The notes beneath the pieces were generated by a model that worked only from the letters and a program-made list of their open reading frames with translations, was not told where the DNA came from and ran no database searches. A DNA stretch of 64,000 nucleotides from the NCBI RefSeq assembly GCF_009914755.1, contig NC_060933.1; one strand, written 5' to 3'. Source of the stretch: the human T2T-CHM13v2.0 reference genome, Homo sapiens. The position numbers and the translations under genes were made by a program. Below, piece by piece: positions 33,023 to 46,174 of this stretch (position 1 is its first letter; the number at the start of each line of letters is the position of its first letter).

Positions 33023-34334
33023 CTCTTTGATGTTTAAATTATTTTAGAAAACTTACATTTTATCTTTGTGGGTTTTTTTTGTTTGTTTTTGTTTTTTGCT
33101 TAATACAAATAAAATCATTACAATAGCCTTAATTTTGTGTAAAAATTCAAAGTGCAACATATCGACTGCATTCCAGCATTCCCTTTCAAATGTACCACAT
33201 TGCGTCTAGACCCCCAATACCAGTGCCTTCTCTTATCCCAACCCATGGTACACCAGGCTACTGGATGATCCTATTCCATGGCTGTGAATGGTTAAATTAA
33301 GTTTAAGCTCTGCCATTTTATTTGAAATCACTTTATTGTATGTGAAATTGTGCTTTTGGATCTGATTTCAAAAGTATTGTTTCTAAGCTTTAAATTAAAT
33401 ATCATTCAGAGCTATAAATAATAAGGAAAAGAATAGAATTTATTTCTAAAAGCTGCCCTTCTTGCCCTCACAAAATATTTATTTCCCTTATGAAAGTCCC
33501 AAGGGTTGGACAGGCCTAATTCAAGGCTAAAAGATAGCAGGGAGTAGCAAGTTTCCCAGTTACTGTGTGACCTCAGCCTGACAGATTCACAGTGAAGAAA
33601 AATAGATAATTAGTAAGGGTATAATCTAGTGGACAGAATTCTAAGTCAATAATCAAATCTCAGCTTTGTTCTTGACATTATGATTAATCTCTTGAAAATA
33701 ATTTTACTGCTCTTTGTTTTCCTTTCCGATTCAGAAACAGAGCAAAGAAACACCTCTGGGTAGAACATGGCTCTCTGGGAATTTGATATCTAACAGAAAG
33801 ATATCTGATAGCCAGAATGACAGTAGTAAAAATAGGCATAATTAGTTTAGCAAAAAAATAAATTATCAGCACTAGTTGCCAGTCTTGAAACTATCATATA
33901 CATTTGTCTCTTAAAACTATATTTTAGTTTAAAGTATGTTTTAAACCATGTTTTGCACACATGATTATTTGAAGGGAAGCATAGCACAAGGTCAAAAATT
34001 TAGATGCTGTATTTCTCATAAGTCTCTTAGAAGCAATTTTATTATGATAATACCAATGGGCTTCTGATTTTAAAAGGTGTTGAACTCAGCATTTATTGAT
34101 TCAGCATAATGAATTTATTGTAAAGTAAAATAGTAGTAGTATGTCCCTGCACTCCAAATACTATTTTTGGGAAGCACTAGACTTGATCACGGAAATAAAA
34201 GAAGAAAGAGTGCTATAAGTACCTGGGATGTAACAACTTAAAATGAGTAAATGACTGTAAATTAAGGAAATTAAGATAAAGGAGAATATTAGAAGATTTT
34301 TAGGTAATAGAACTGATACTCCCACTGTACTGTG

Positions 34335-34535
34335 TGTCACTCCATCTGATCTCTCACGGCACTTATCTCAAGGAGACTGTAATTACGTGTTTCTATGTCT
34401 TTCACTCTCATCAGACAGCAAGTTCTCTTGAGGCAGGCACTATGCCTTAATTATCTGTACCTCACAGCAACTAGTGCAATGCCTAGCATATAGCACACAG
34501 TCACTGTGTATTGGTGGATAAATGGATTGATGGGC
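34335..34535 (+). mobile_element. L2 3' end
   Basis: cagacagcaagttctcttgaggcaggcactatgcc...gcctagcatatag. Confidence 0.6.
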
Positions 34536-34769
34536 ACATTGAAGAGTGAATAGAACATTATACTGAGGGAATAAAATATGCAACACAAATGGAAACATTA
34601 GATTCACTTCAATAACTTTCTCCAAATTAAAAAAAAAATAAGAATTCTGAAAACCTTGCGTTTTGGAATCTGAGAGTAAGGGGTCTGAAATTTCCAGGAA
34701 AGCAAAGTATTGTCCAAGAGATAGGTTTTCTCAAACCTGTGAGATGATTACTTTACTATCATCTCGTTG

Positions 34770-35480
34770 CATGATAATTTGGCTGGTGGTAGATTTTAGT
34801 CTTAAAATAATTCTTCCTTGGAAATAGAAAGTTATTGCACCATATGTTGTTTTAGATGAGAAGTCTGATGGCAGCCTGATTTTCATTCCCTTGTAGGTTG
34901 TATTTTCTCTCTGGAACCTTTAAAGCTTTTCTCTTATTTTTAATGTTTGGAAATTTCATGGTGATGCGATGAAATGGATATCTTTTGTTGTGCTGGGCTT
35001 GACTGAAGAGTTGAGTCCTTAAATTCTGGGAACGTATTTTGACTGAGTGCTTACTGATGTTCTCACTCATTTTCTCTGTACTCTTATTCTGTGACTCCTA
35101 CCATTTAAATTTTAGACTCTTGGACTACAAACTCTAATTCGTTTATATTTTCTCCTTTTTTTAGTCTTTTTGATCTACATCCTTAGTGATTTATTTTTAC
35201 TATTCTTTAGCAGTTATATTCTTTATTTTAAAGCATTCTTTCTTTCTTCTTTCATGACTGTGTCTTTTTCGTAAACTATTAATCATCTTTTCCTAATGTG
35301 GTTTTTCAAATCTCTCCGAGGATGCAAATTCAACTTCTTATAAAATCCCTGAACTATCTTTAATTTCTAAGTTGTCTGTTTCTGCTTCTTCTTTTTCTCT
35401 TTCTCTGTAAGAGCTTTCCTTATATGTCTACGTATCCATGATTATCAGTTCATATTTAAGAGTGAGATGGTAAAAGATTA
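34770..35480 (-). mobile_element. Old L1M ORF1-region fragment
   Basis: ORF 34852-35070 has ORF1p-like HRITMKFPNIKNKRKALK; gagaagtctgatggcagcctgattttcattcccttgtagg. Confidence 0.6.
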
Positions 35481-36829
35481 TCAGCAGATTTGAATACATT
35501 GGCGAGAATATCTATATTCTCTTTGGAGTGAATGGTCTGGCAGAAGACTGGTGAATTGGGAATACTCCTTATGACTGAATGTGGAGGTCTCTTCTGCTGT
35601 CATCTGATATCTTTAGAGAAGGCCTACAACTTTTTGATGTTGAACTCAAATTTATTCTGTATTGTGGGAATGGGCAGGATGGAGCTGTTGACAATTTCAT
35701 ATACAGACTTCCAATTAATCTTCTATTTCAACTCTATATCTCACTGCCGTGCTCACTTACCCCTCCCTGACCACATAGCATGTATATTGCTGAGTCCCAA
35801 GCCTCTTTCTGGTTCTTTTGGATCAATGGACAGTATTCTCCACTGGATCCCTCTTCACACATTATCCAGCATGTAGCTTCTCCTATCCTCTTTCCCTATG
35901 CCTGGAACCTCTTTGATTATTCCACAACTTTGTTGAGAAATCTTATTCACTATTGGCCCATCAATTTTGTTTACTGTTGAGGGTTTAACCTCATTTTTTT
36001 CTTTTACAATAATTTAAATAACTTTCAGGAAGGAAAAGATAAGCACTTATTATGTATTCACTATCTTTAATCAGTTATGGCAGCATTTTAAAATAAAAGT
36101 GCTTGATAAAATTTGGAAGCACTATGTACTGTGAAGAGTTCTCCATTTGGAGATTCATAAAGTTCATTAGCATAGTAGTAAGGAGAAGTCCTGCCAGAAA
36201 TAAACATGTTAAACCACAGTTATCCCAATGTTTCCTGAACTTATTTTTACCATGGAATGCTATTTTATGAAGAAAACCTACTAAAACCTGCTATATACAG
36301 CATTCCACAAATTATAACTTAAGAAATAATACTCTAGAATACCAGTTATAGATAAGAAATGATAAAATATAATTTAAATAATCAGAAAAATATGATTTTA
36401 GAGTTAGAAGCAAGGGCACACGCCCCTCCATATTTTTCTTCTTTCTAAAAGATGGGAAAGCTAAGTTTTATAAAGTAGCTTACTTTGTTCTGCCTGTATG
36501 GGTCTCTTTGTTTTCTCTGAACAAGATCACACTGTGATTATTTGACGGCAATGACCTTTAAGCTGTAGGACATCATAAGATTGAGCCTTTTAATACCTAC
36601 CATTGCACTGTTAGGTGTGATCATCCTGCTCTCTACCTGAAGGTGGGGTTCTTCACCCAAAGGAACTATCTCAGAACACCAGAGCTAGTGTAGAGTGAGC
36701 TCACTTGGCAATGGGGCAGATAGCAAGAAGTTCTGTTCTTGGCTTACCTTCCAACCCTACAAGGTCACCATATAATGGCTTAGGTTGGTTTTGGAGAGTA
36801 GTATTTCCACCTGTGATTATCAGTTATCT

Positions 36830-36970
36830 TTGTTTTTCTTCTCCTCCTCCTACTCCTTCCATTGCTCCTGTTTCTTCTCCTTTTCTTTTTCTCACTCCTC
36901 CACCTCTTTCTCCTTTCCTCCTCCTCTTCTGTAGTCCTTTTCTAGCCACCTCTTACTCCTTTTTCTTTTC
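36830..36970. repeat. CT-rich low-complexity tract
   Basis: Polypyrimidine (TCC/TTC)n-like sequence. Confidence 0.8.
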
Positions 36971-37519
36971 AGTTTATTTGGGACACTGATGGAAAAATTT
37001 CTCATAATCTTTTATAGAAGCTTATAAAGCAAGCAAGTAAGATTTGTAAGGCAATGAAGTGCCATTTGATGGCGGGATTTGTAGGTGTTACACGTAGGTT
37101 TTCTCTTGGAAGGGACACAGAGATCTTGGCATACTTTGTTTAAGAACAATAGCCATTATCTATTAATTCCATGTGTGTTCTTTAAAAAAGAAAATCATTT
37201 TATGGGAGGAGTGGGACCTCAGGTTTTTATATGAAAAATGGATTTCCCCGAGGCTCCCTTTTTACAGGGTCATAAAGCATGTTTGAATCCTAGTCAGGAA
37301 GTTCACCTAAGTTTCCTAAATCTCAGTCCAAGTTTCATCTTGTATTGCTTTTTGTATTTCTTAAATTTCTAGTAAATTAGAGCTATTTTTGTCCAAATTG
37401 CCCAAGCATTATGACTCCTGCTTTTTTTTTTTTTTTTAACTTGAGTGTTAGGATAGTCTACTGCTTTGATCTCTTGGGGTTTTATATTTTCCAACAACCT
37501 GGAGATAAATATCTTAATT

Positions 37520-38115
37520 GTGCATTCATTAATTCCTTCATTAAAATATTTATCAAGAAGATACTCTTCTAGGTGTTGGTATTATATCAATGAACAAAAC
37601 AAATCATAATCTCCTGACTTCAAGGAGTTTTCATTCTAAGGAGTGGTGGTAGGGAGAGATACAATGAATAAGTATACAAATTAATATGTAGCATAGTATT
37701 ATAAATTGATACATTTTAGGAAGAAAAATAGATAAGGATAAGGGAATGGAGAGTAATGGATATGCTGGAGGGTGATCACAGAGGTGGCCTTTGACTGAGC
37801 TTGATTTAGTAGTTGTGTAATGTTACTGAATGTGACTTGTATTTTGGGTAAGGTGGATAAGAAAGGTCTTTCCAGTAAAGTGGAATTTAAGCTGAGACTT
37901 GAATAAGGAGAGAGAATGAGCTATGCCAGTATCTGGATGACAAGGATTCCAGGCAGAAGAAATAGCAAGTGTGAAGGCCCTGAGATCAGAATGTGCTTTA
38001 ATATGTTCAAGGAGTAGTGAAGACACTGATTTGAACTGTAGTGGAATGTACTAAAAAGAGAATGGCAGAAGATGAGGCCAGAGAGGTGAAAAGGTTAAAG
38101 CTCATGTTGGGCATA
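37520..38115 (-). mobile_element. L2
   Basis: cattcattaattccttcattaaaatatttat...ggattccaggcagaagaaatagcaagtgtgaaggccctgag. Confidence 0.75.
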
Positions 38116-38124
38116 GAAGGCTGA

Positions 38125-38356
38125 ATCGGTGTATTTATCCAATGCCTATACTCCCATTGTATCTAGGAAATAACTAACTTGCTTTTGATTTTACAGGCTT
38201 ATAGGCAGAAGGGACTTGTCTTGTCTCAGATGAGACTTTGGACTGTGGCCTTTTGAGTTAATGCTGAAATAAGTTAAGACTTTGGGGGACTGTTGGGAAG
38301 GCATGATTGTGTTTTGAAATGTAGGAACATGAGATTTGCGAAGGGCCGGGGTGGAA
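38125..38356 (+). mobile_element. THE1 internal sequence, 3' end with polypurine tract
   Basis: ccattgtatctaggaaataactaacttgcttttgattttacaggc...gaagggccggggtggaa directly before the LTR. Confidence 0.85.
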
Positions 38357-38720
38357 TGATATGATTTGGCTGTGTCCCCACCCACATCTCATCTTTAATT
38401 GTAGCTCCCATAATTCCCACGTGTCATGAGAGGGACCCAGGGGGAGGAAATTGAATCATGGGGGTGAGTCTTTCCTGTGCTATTCTCGTGATAGTGAATA
38501 AGTCATATGAGATCTGATGGTTTATAAAGCAGAGTTCCCCTGCACATGCGCTCTTGCCTGCCGCCATGTAAGATGTCCCTTTGCTCTTCCTTCATCTTCC
38601 GCCATGATTGTAAGGCCTCCAACAGTCAAGTGGAACTGTGAGTCCTCCAAACCTCTTTTCTTTATAAATTACCCAGTCTTGGGTATGTCTTTACTAGCAG
38701 CATGAGAACACACTAATACA
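38357..38720 (+). mobile_element. THE1 (THE1B/C-like) 3' LTR
   Basis: tgatatgatttggctgtgtcccc...gcagcatgagaacacactaataca. Confidence 0.9.
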
Positions 38721-39419
38721 AATGGAAACATGTAACAAAATTTCAATATGTTTGCTACATATTTCTGTCAAAAATACAGATATAATTTGTTCTAGGTATA
38801 GAACATTAGCCCATATTGTCCAGGCCAGACTGACGTAAATTCATGTAGAGAATTTTTGTGGTTTTACTTTTGGAGCTGAGGCTAGGAGAGGAAGGAAACA
38901 CTTCTCATATGCTTATGTGTCACTCTCTTAAACACTGGTGTACCTCATGTAGATAATTCTCAGCCGAAGGTGCACTCTGGATTATGGAAGAGGGTAAGAT
39001 ATCTGTAGTTGTTAAATTTCACCTTAACTTATTCTGAAATGGCCCTGAAAATGTGCAGTGACTTTGTCTTGGCCATCAAAGATAGAAATCTCTGATGCTA
39101 CTCTATTTGAGCATTTGTTCACTTTATCTTGATGTCGGTTACATTGAAACAGTATTTGAATGATGTGGGGAAGGACACTTTTTTTCGTTTGTGGTTCTGG
39201 ACAGTATCTGTTGCATGCTCTTCAGGGAACAAGCCACACAGATTTCATGTAAGAGGAACTTCAAGTGTTGTGAGAATGAAAGAAATGGAAAAGGAAGGTT
39301 CAGCAGTAATCAGACATATTTAAAAATCCCCTCCATAGGATGACTGAGCAGAGTATCTATGTCTGTACCATAAAGTACAGTATGGTAGCATTTAAATTTT
39401 AAAATTAAACTTTAAAATA

Positions 39420-39763
39420 TTGTAATGTGTCACTTAAAATTGGGGTTACATCTGACAAATGTGGTGTTAGGTGATTTCATCATTGTGTGAATATCATAGA
39501 GTGCACTTATACAAATCTAGATGGTATAGGCTACTACACACCTAGGCTATCGTGGTGTAGCCTGATACTCCTAGGCTACAAGCTTGTACAGCATGTTATT
39601 GTACTGAATACTGCAGGCAATTGTAACACGATTGTAAGTATTTGAGGTAAACATATCTAAACATAGAAAAGATATAGTAAAAATATAGTATTATATCTTA
39701 TGGGACAACCATCATATATTTGATTGGTTATTGACCAAAGCATCATTATGCCATACACAACTG
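39420..39763. mobile_element. Tigger3a/MER7-like DNA transposon
   Basis: catagagtgcacttatacaaatctagatggtataggctactacacacctaggct; atcttatgggacaaccatc. Confidence 0.8.
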
Positions 39764-39827
39764 TACAAGCAATTATTTTTTAATTATAAGAGTAATACAT
39801 GTTTAAAGTAAAAAAAAATCTGACTAC

Positions 39828-40499
39828 TGTTAGCAGCAGTGAATTCATATGGGTCTGCAGCAACCTCAGTTCTTGCCTCCTCAGAAGAAAGAATTCGACT
39901 GAGGGGCCTAAGGCAGAGTGAGAGATGGAGGCAAGTTTTAGAGCAGGAGTGAAAGTTTATTAAAAAGCTTAAAGCAAGAACGAGAGGAAGTAAAGTATAC
40001 TTGGAAGAGTGCCAAACTGGCAGTTTGAGAGATCAAGTGCTCCGTTTGACTGTTGAGTTGGGGTTTTATACATTGGCATACTTCCAGGGTCTTGCATCCC
40101 TTCTCCTCAGTGATTCTTCCCTTGGAGTGGGCTGTCCACATGTGCAGTGTGTTCACTGGAGTTGTACAGATGCTCAGTTGAGGTGTCCTTCTCTTACCAG
40201 TCAAATGTTCCTGGAAGGTCATAAACTAGTTAAACTCCACCATTTTACCTCTTAGTGCGCATGTTTGAGCCCACTCGCCCAACTCCTAAGATATTTTGGG
40301 AAGCTGCTGATCACCAGTTTCAGGTTTTTTTCTGTCTATTGGGAGACTGCCTTTCCCTGGCACTAGCTGTGACCAATTATTATTTTAGAGCGACAGTGTG
40401 ACAACTGCCTGACCATCACCTGTTGGTTACCTGATATTCCTGGTGGGTTGGGGGCTATCGCCTACCCTGCTCATGCCTGTCTAGCTACCTACAATAACA
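39828..40499 (-). mobile_element. MER51-like ERV1 solo LTR
   Basis: gggtctgcagcaacctcagttcttgcctcctcagaagaaagaattcgactgagggg; TG...CA ends; TSD ctac/ctat. Confidence 0.85.
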
Positions 40500-40705
40500 C
40501 TATTAGATAAATGTAAGGTCAGAATAAAAATTCTGCTTCTAGGCTCACACCCTAAATAATAGTCTTACATTTTTTGTGTTTAGTTATGTTCAATACAAAT
40601 ATACCTCTACACCTAGTGGATGATTATTTATCTCAGAGTCTGAATATTGAAAATACCCTAAATGGAATTAATAAAAGGCTTTAAAAAGTTTTTTTTTAAA
40701 TGTAC

Positions 40706-41420
40706 TGAAACCATCTTTGCAAAAATTATATCAGCGGAAAACGATGTCAGTGAAAGAGATCTGAGTTAACCTATTACCCATCTTGCCTTTCTCTTAATTA
40801 TTTCTGGGCTATTTGGCTAAGCCAACTTTGGAAGACATTTAGCCTATAGTTTAAATTATCATAGGCCTTGCCCCAAACTCAACTGCTTTTGTAAAGCTAA
40901 TGGGAGGCCTTCAGGCTTGTGGGAAGGGGAGGAGCCTGAGTGCTGCTAAGGCACAGACATAAATGATTATCGGCCATTATTCCAGAGACTATAAGATATG
41001 CAACTTCTCCAATTACTCCTACAAATAACATTACCATTGTAGAACCTAAGATTGGCCTTTTTCGAGATCTTTTTAGGTACTTTTTGCATGTCCGACACCC
41101 ACCAACCCCATGCCTGTTGCCCCACCCAGAGGCAATTCAGCCCACAGGAGGACAGCTCTGATCCTCTGTGATTTCATCTCCACCCCAACCAATCAGCAGC
41201 AAGTATTCATTACCTGGTGACCCCCCGCACCACCCCCAAATTGTCTTTGAAAAACCCCTTACCTACAAGCTCTGGACAAGATGATTTGAGTATAAACTCT
41301 ATCTCCCGCACGGCATGGCCAGCTGGCCCCATGTCTATTAAACTCTTTCTCTTCTACAATACCGTAGTCTGTTTGTCTGTTTTTATGCATCAGACAGGAA
41401 GAACCCCTTAGACAGTTATA
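40706..41420 (+). mobile_element. LTR8-family ERV1 solo LTR
   Basis: tgaaaccatctttgcaaaaattat...cagtgaaagagatctga; ccaaccaatcagcagc; attaaactctttctc; TSD gtac/atac. Confidence 0.75.
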
Positions 41421-41575
41421 ATACCAGTTGAATGATGGAAGAATGTTAAGCTCATGTTTCTGTTACCTTATCATGGAGTAATCAGCTTAATCCAAATGAT
41501 CCATCAGTGACATCAGAGCCGCCTAAGCTGTGAGATGCAGATCAAATGATATGCAACACAGGAGTGGGTTGCAGT

Positions 41576-42747
41576 TGTTATGAACAGGAGACAGGGAAAT
41601 ACTGGGTAGAAAAGGGTGGTTCCCTGATAAAGGCCCCACCCTCAAGCCTGAAGACTGACCTCATGGCCCTAAACGAGGACAGGCATTCCTGTTTTCATGC
41701 CCAAAACATTGCCTTTTGGCCCACCACACCTCCTATTCTGCACACATATACACCCTGAACCCCAGGCTCCAGAAGCAGATCTGCAAGCTAGAGCAGCAGA
41801 CAGACAGTGGAACAACATGGCAGAGAAAGAGAGAAGAGGAGTGTATTAGTCCGTTTTCATGCTGCTGATAAAGACATACCCAAGACTGGGCAATTTACAA
41901 AAGAAAGAGGTTTAATTGGACTTACAGTTTCATGTGGGTGAGGAAGCCTCACAATCATGGTGGAAGGCAAGGAGGAGCAAGTCATGTCTTACATGGATGG
42001 CAGCTGGCAAAGAGAATGAGAGCCAAGTGAAACAGGTTTCCCCTATCAAACCGTCACATCTCGTGAGACTTATTCACTACCAAAAGAACAGTATGGGAGA
42101 AATCGCCCCATGATTCAATTATCTTTCACCAGGTCCCTCCCACAACACATAGGAATTATGGGAGTACAATTCAAGATGAGATTTGGGTGGGGACACAGAG
42201 CCAAACCACATCAAGGAGGAACGTCTGAATGCTGAAAGGAGTCCAGCTGGGGGCATTCAGAGAGGAGTCGGGCCAATGGGTGGCCCAGCTCCAGGGGAAG
42301 ATCACCTTCCCACTCCATCCCCCACCTCCAGCTCCCCATTCATCCTGCTGAAAGCCACCTCCACCACTCAGTAAAACCTCACATTCATCCTTCAAGCCCG
42401 TGTGTGACCCGAATTTTCTGGGACACTGGGCAAGAACTAGGGATACAGAAAGCTGTCACACTGGCCCTCTGCCTTTGTGAAAAGGCAGAGGGTCCATTGA
42501 GCTGGTTAACACTCAAGCTGTCTGTGGATGGCAAAGCTGAAAGAGCTTTGTAACATTGGGTTTGCAGGCACTCAGTCCTAGACACTACTGCAGGGCCTGA
42601 GCCCAATAGCACTCGCTCCGGGCTCTGCACCTGCCTGTCTGCATGCTTCCCCTCCTGCAAGGGGTTTGAGCAATGGGGCGACTGAACAGGTGAGCCATAA
42701 CCATGTTGCACGTCCTGCGAGGAGGATCAGGGAAGTCTCCCATTTAC
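41576..42747 (+). mobile_element. MER50-like ERV1 LTR interrupted by a THE1
   Basis: ggacagggaaatactgggtaga...ggccccaccctcaagcctg; resumes at 42214 with agctccaggggaagatcaccttcccactccatcccc. Confidence 0.75.
41842..42213 (-). mobile_element. THE1A/B solo LTR nested in the MER50-like LTR
   Basis: tgtattagtccgttttcatgctgctgataaagacataccc...gagccaaaccacatca; perfect TSD aggag/aggag. Confidence 0.92.
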
Positions 42748-42846
42748 TCTAGTAGTCTTGCTCGTAATGCATGAGTTGTCACAGTTTTCAATTATTTGTG
42801 TGTGTTGATATGTAAGTCACATTGAAATTCAGTGAATATATACGAG

Positions 42847-43575
42847 CAGGGTTGCAATCTCTTTTCTGAAATCCTTAGGCCAGTTTTATGCTGGAATAAG
42901 GAATCTTTCAGAATTTTAGAAAGATAGTTTGGTACACTGTTAAAGGAAACCAGAGTCAAGCAGTAAAGCGGTAAAAACAGATTTTATTCAGGAACTAGTG
43001 CAATATGGGAAGACAATCCTCAGTCTAGAACTGAGCTTAATTCCAAATACTGCATAGACAAGTGGGAATTTATAACCAAGGAGCAAGGTGAAGGTTAGTG
43101 AATGGGAAACTCCTAAGAAGAAACATCGGGGTAAGGGGAGATTCTGGCTGAACTGACTTAACAGGATTCTTGCTGCAGGCAGGCCAGGGTGATCAGATAC
43201 CAAGGATGGGAATGAGGAATTTGATCAAATACTGAGAGTAATGTGGTATCAAGGATGGAGAATTCTTGCCAAACTTATTTAGCAAGACTCTTGCTAAAAG
43301 GGTGATGCTAAAAGGAGCACTGAAGCCCAAAGGCCAGGGCCTACTTGAGAAGAGGGTTCAGAGGAGGCCACATAAAGTTTTGTCAAGAAGAGTCTTCATC
43401 AGCACACACCATATATTTTGTAATATCAGCAGGTTTGGTTTGCAATATCACTTAATAAAATACATTAATACCTCTTCAGTGAAATGTAGGAATAATCAGA
43501 TTTTGCTGCCAACTGAATTATGAAAAACTTTCAATTTTCAGATCTGTTTGGATTTCAGAATTGGGGACTGGTGAA
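42847..43575. mobile_element. Tigger-type MITE (MER46C-like) split by a MER31 LTR
   Basis: Ends caatctcttttctgaaatcc / ggatttcagaattgggga are roughly inverted. Confidence 0.45.
42938..43401 (-). mobile_element. MER31-like ERV1 solo LTR
   Basis: aagtgggaatttataaccaaggagc...aagaaacatcggggtaaggggagattctggct...ggttcagaggaggcc. Confidence 0.75.
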
Positions 43576-45702
43576 ATATCCTACTTTTAAATTCTTATAA
43601 TAAAAAGGAAAATCAAGAGAACATATCTAAAAGATTTTGGCACTTGATCGAATCTTTCTTTTTTTCAAATAATGTCTTCTTTTGGAGTTAAGAAATGTGG
43701 ACTCCAGAAATATCATTGATTATAGGTCAGATTTTAGCTATTTAGATCAGTTACTTTATGAATATACAAAATAGAAGATAAACACAAATGGGCGTATTAG
43801 GAAGCCTGTACTGAGCAAATCTCCCAGCCTGTAATGAGAGACCTTGGTGTAGTACAGAGGAGGATCTTTTTAAATAACATAATTTGGTTACGGTGTAGTA
43901 GGTTGGGGTATTATTTGGAAATAAAAGAAGTTTCTTACGTGAGGATTTTTGACTAAGAACACAAGTCCTTAATGGAGTAGTTTCCTAACCCATGCTTTTG
44001 TGGTTTCGACTGAGTGCGGTACATGTCTAAAGGGAATGTCTCATATAAAACTGAAGCTTGCTTTTATATTTCAAGTAGTTATTTAGATACCTCATCTCTA
44101 TTGTATGATCCTCTGATTTGAACATAGCTTGTCTTTCGTTTTTATCCAGTTTCCGTGACTCAAACCCTCATGTTAGGCCAGAATGTGGTAATAGAGGCAA
44201 TTATGCCATTAAGTATGCAGCCCAGCCCTCAGATTAAGGTTTCACACCTGGGTATCATTATTCTTTCCCATATCAATTTATTATTTAAGGGCTTATTATT
44301 TGAAAGCCCTTATAGCACATAAGCAATTAGGGTAGCTGAGAGTCTGTCTGTATTAAATGTATTTATTTTGCTTTCCTAGCTTTTTATGCCAGAATAATTA
44401 AATCTCCTTCTAGTGTGTCAGTAGCAGACTGTTCTGAAACTGACAGCACTCTTTCCTCCCCTCTTCAATAACAAAAAACCCACAGAGACTGACAGATTAA
44501 TAATAAACACAAAGAAAGGAAAGAGAAAACAGAACACATACTAGTTGAGAGGATATTTCTCCTTTCAGTCAGCACTGAAGTACTGAATATATCTGATTTT
44601 TTTAAAAAACAGATTTTTACATTCTTAGTGGTGCTACTGTTGACTGTGTAAGAAACAACTTACTCTTTGGAAATGAATATTCAATATAGCAAATTTGTAC
44701 AATAGAGTATGTGAGTAATAAGGTATTATACTCAACATTTAAAATGAAATGACCTGTTTCATAGGACATTTTTGGGATAAGGAAATGGGTTGACTTGACC
44801 TCAAGGGAATATTCATTTGCATGTGCTTTGGATGCAAAGAACACTTTGCAAATTTTGAATATTACCATGTGGCTGTTGTAGCAGAATAGCTGGTCTCTTT
44901 TCTAAAGAGTATATTTGCATATGATAGTTTAACAGCTTTTCCCTTTTGTTCCTAGAAGATTAAGTCTCAGTCCTAGGAGAAAATAAATTAAAGGTGGTTC
45001 CTTACAATTTGAAAAAGCATAATTTGAAGATAAGAGGAAACTCTGAAAAGCAGCTTTCACATCTGAAGGCTCAGAATAAGAAATACTGTTTTTCTCTGAA
45101 TGTACCAGCATTGCTGTTCCTACTTTTTGGTGTGGTTGTGTCTCCAGAAGCCCTGTGAAGTCTAAATAACTCCTCAAAATCTTCTGCATCTATTGTTTGT
45201 CTACTTAGTGAAATCTAACCTTCAGCATTTCACTCTCTTGGGTCAGGGCCTTGACCCTTTGCTTAAAATTTAAATTTCCTTGGTGGGTTCATGGGAGAAC
45301 ACAGAGATAAGTGTTCTCTGAACAACAGTGGTGACCTTAAGATCTATATGGAAAAAGAACACTGGGCTTAAAGAAAAATTAGAAAACTGCATAGGTACTC
45401 TACCCTTGGATGTTCACAGTACTCATTAGCATTATTCAGTGGGAGGAATAGTCTTCTAATTTTTTTTCAGGTGTCTCAAACATTTGACCTTGGGATTTTT
45501 TTTTTTTTTTTTTTCCAGATAATACCTTTTAGAGTTCTTGGTACTAGTATCCGCTGGACTATACTTAGGGATATCATGCAATTTCCTGGATAAATACCTT
45601 AGAACTGTCTGTTGATTGCTTAAAGATATTCATTTTATCTTCACAAGAAGAGAATTTCTTTGGGGCTCTTCATAGTGGTGGCTCCCATTAGACTGTAGCC
45701 AA

Positions 45703-46174
45703 TGTTTAAAAATTATTCATAACACTTGTTAAAGAATGGTAAGGCCGACTATTCAGGACCATCACCATAGGTGTAGGGACCTTTGCAGTAGGGTTTTGCA
45801 GTGTGGGAGAGAGATTAGGTTCAACTCGGAATAAACAGTGGAAAAGTGGGAATTTATAGCCAAGGAGCTAGATAGGAGCCAGTGGATGGAAAACTACTAA
45901 GAGGAAACATCAGAAGTAAGGGAGAATTCTGGCTAACCTGACTTAAGACTCTGGCTGAAGACAAGCTAGGGTGATGAGATATCAGGAACCCAATCAGATA
46001 TGGAGGGTGATTAGTATTGAGAGGAAGAGGAATTTGGCTAACCCAAAAAGTCCAGGATCTTTGCTAAAATTAGACAATTCAGAGAGGAACATGGAAGCCC
46101 CAAAGTCAGGGCCTAGTGAGAAAACAGTTCAGAGGAGCCTGAGTAGTATTTGGTCAAGGAGAGAATCTTTATCA
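45703..46174 (-). mobile_element. MER31-like ERV1 solo LTR (second copy)
   Basis: aagtgggaatttatagccaaggagc...ctaagaggaaacatcag...gttcagaggagcctga...ggtcaaggagagaatctttatca. Confidence 0.75.

Noticed and set aside
44413-44449. Hairpin gtgtgtcagt...actgacagcac as a miRNA precursor (similar short stems at ~9797 and ~51516)
   Set aside because: Stems are too short for a pre-miRNA and compatible with chance.
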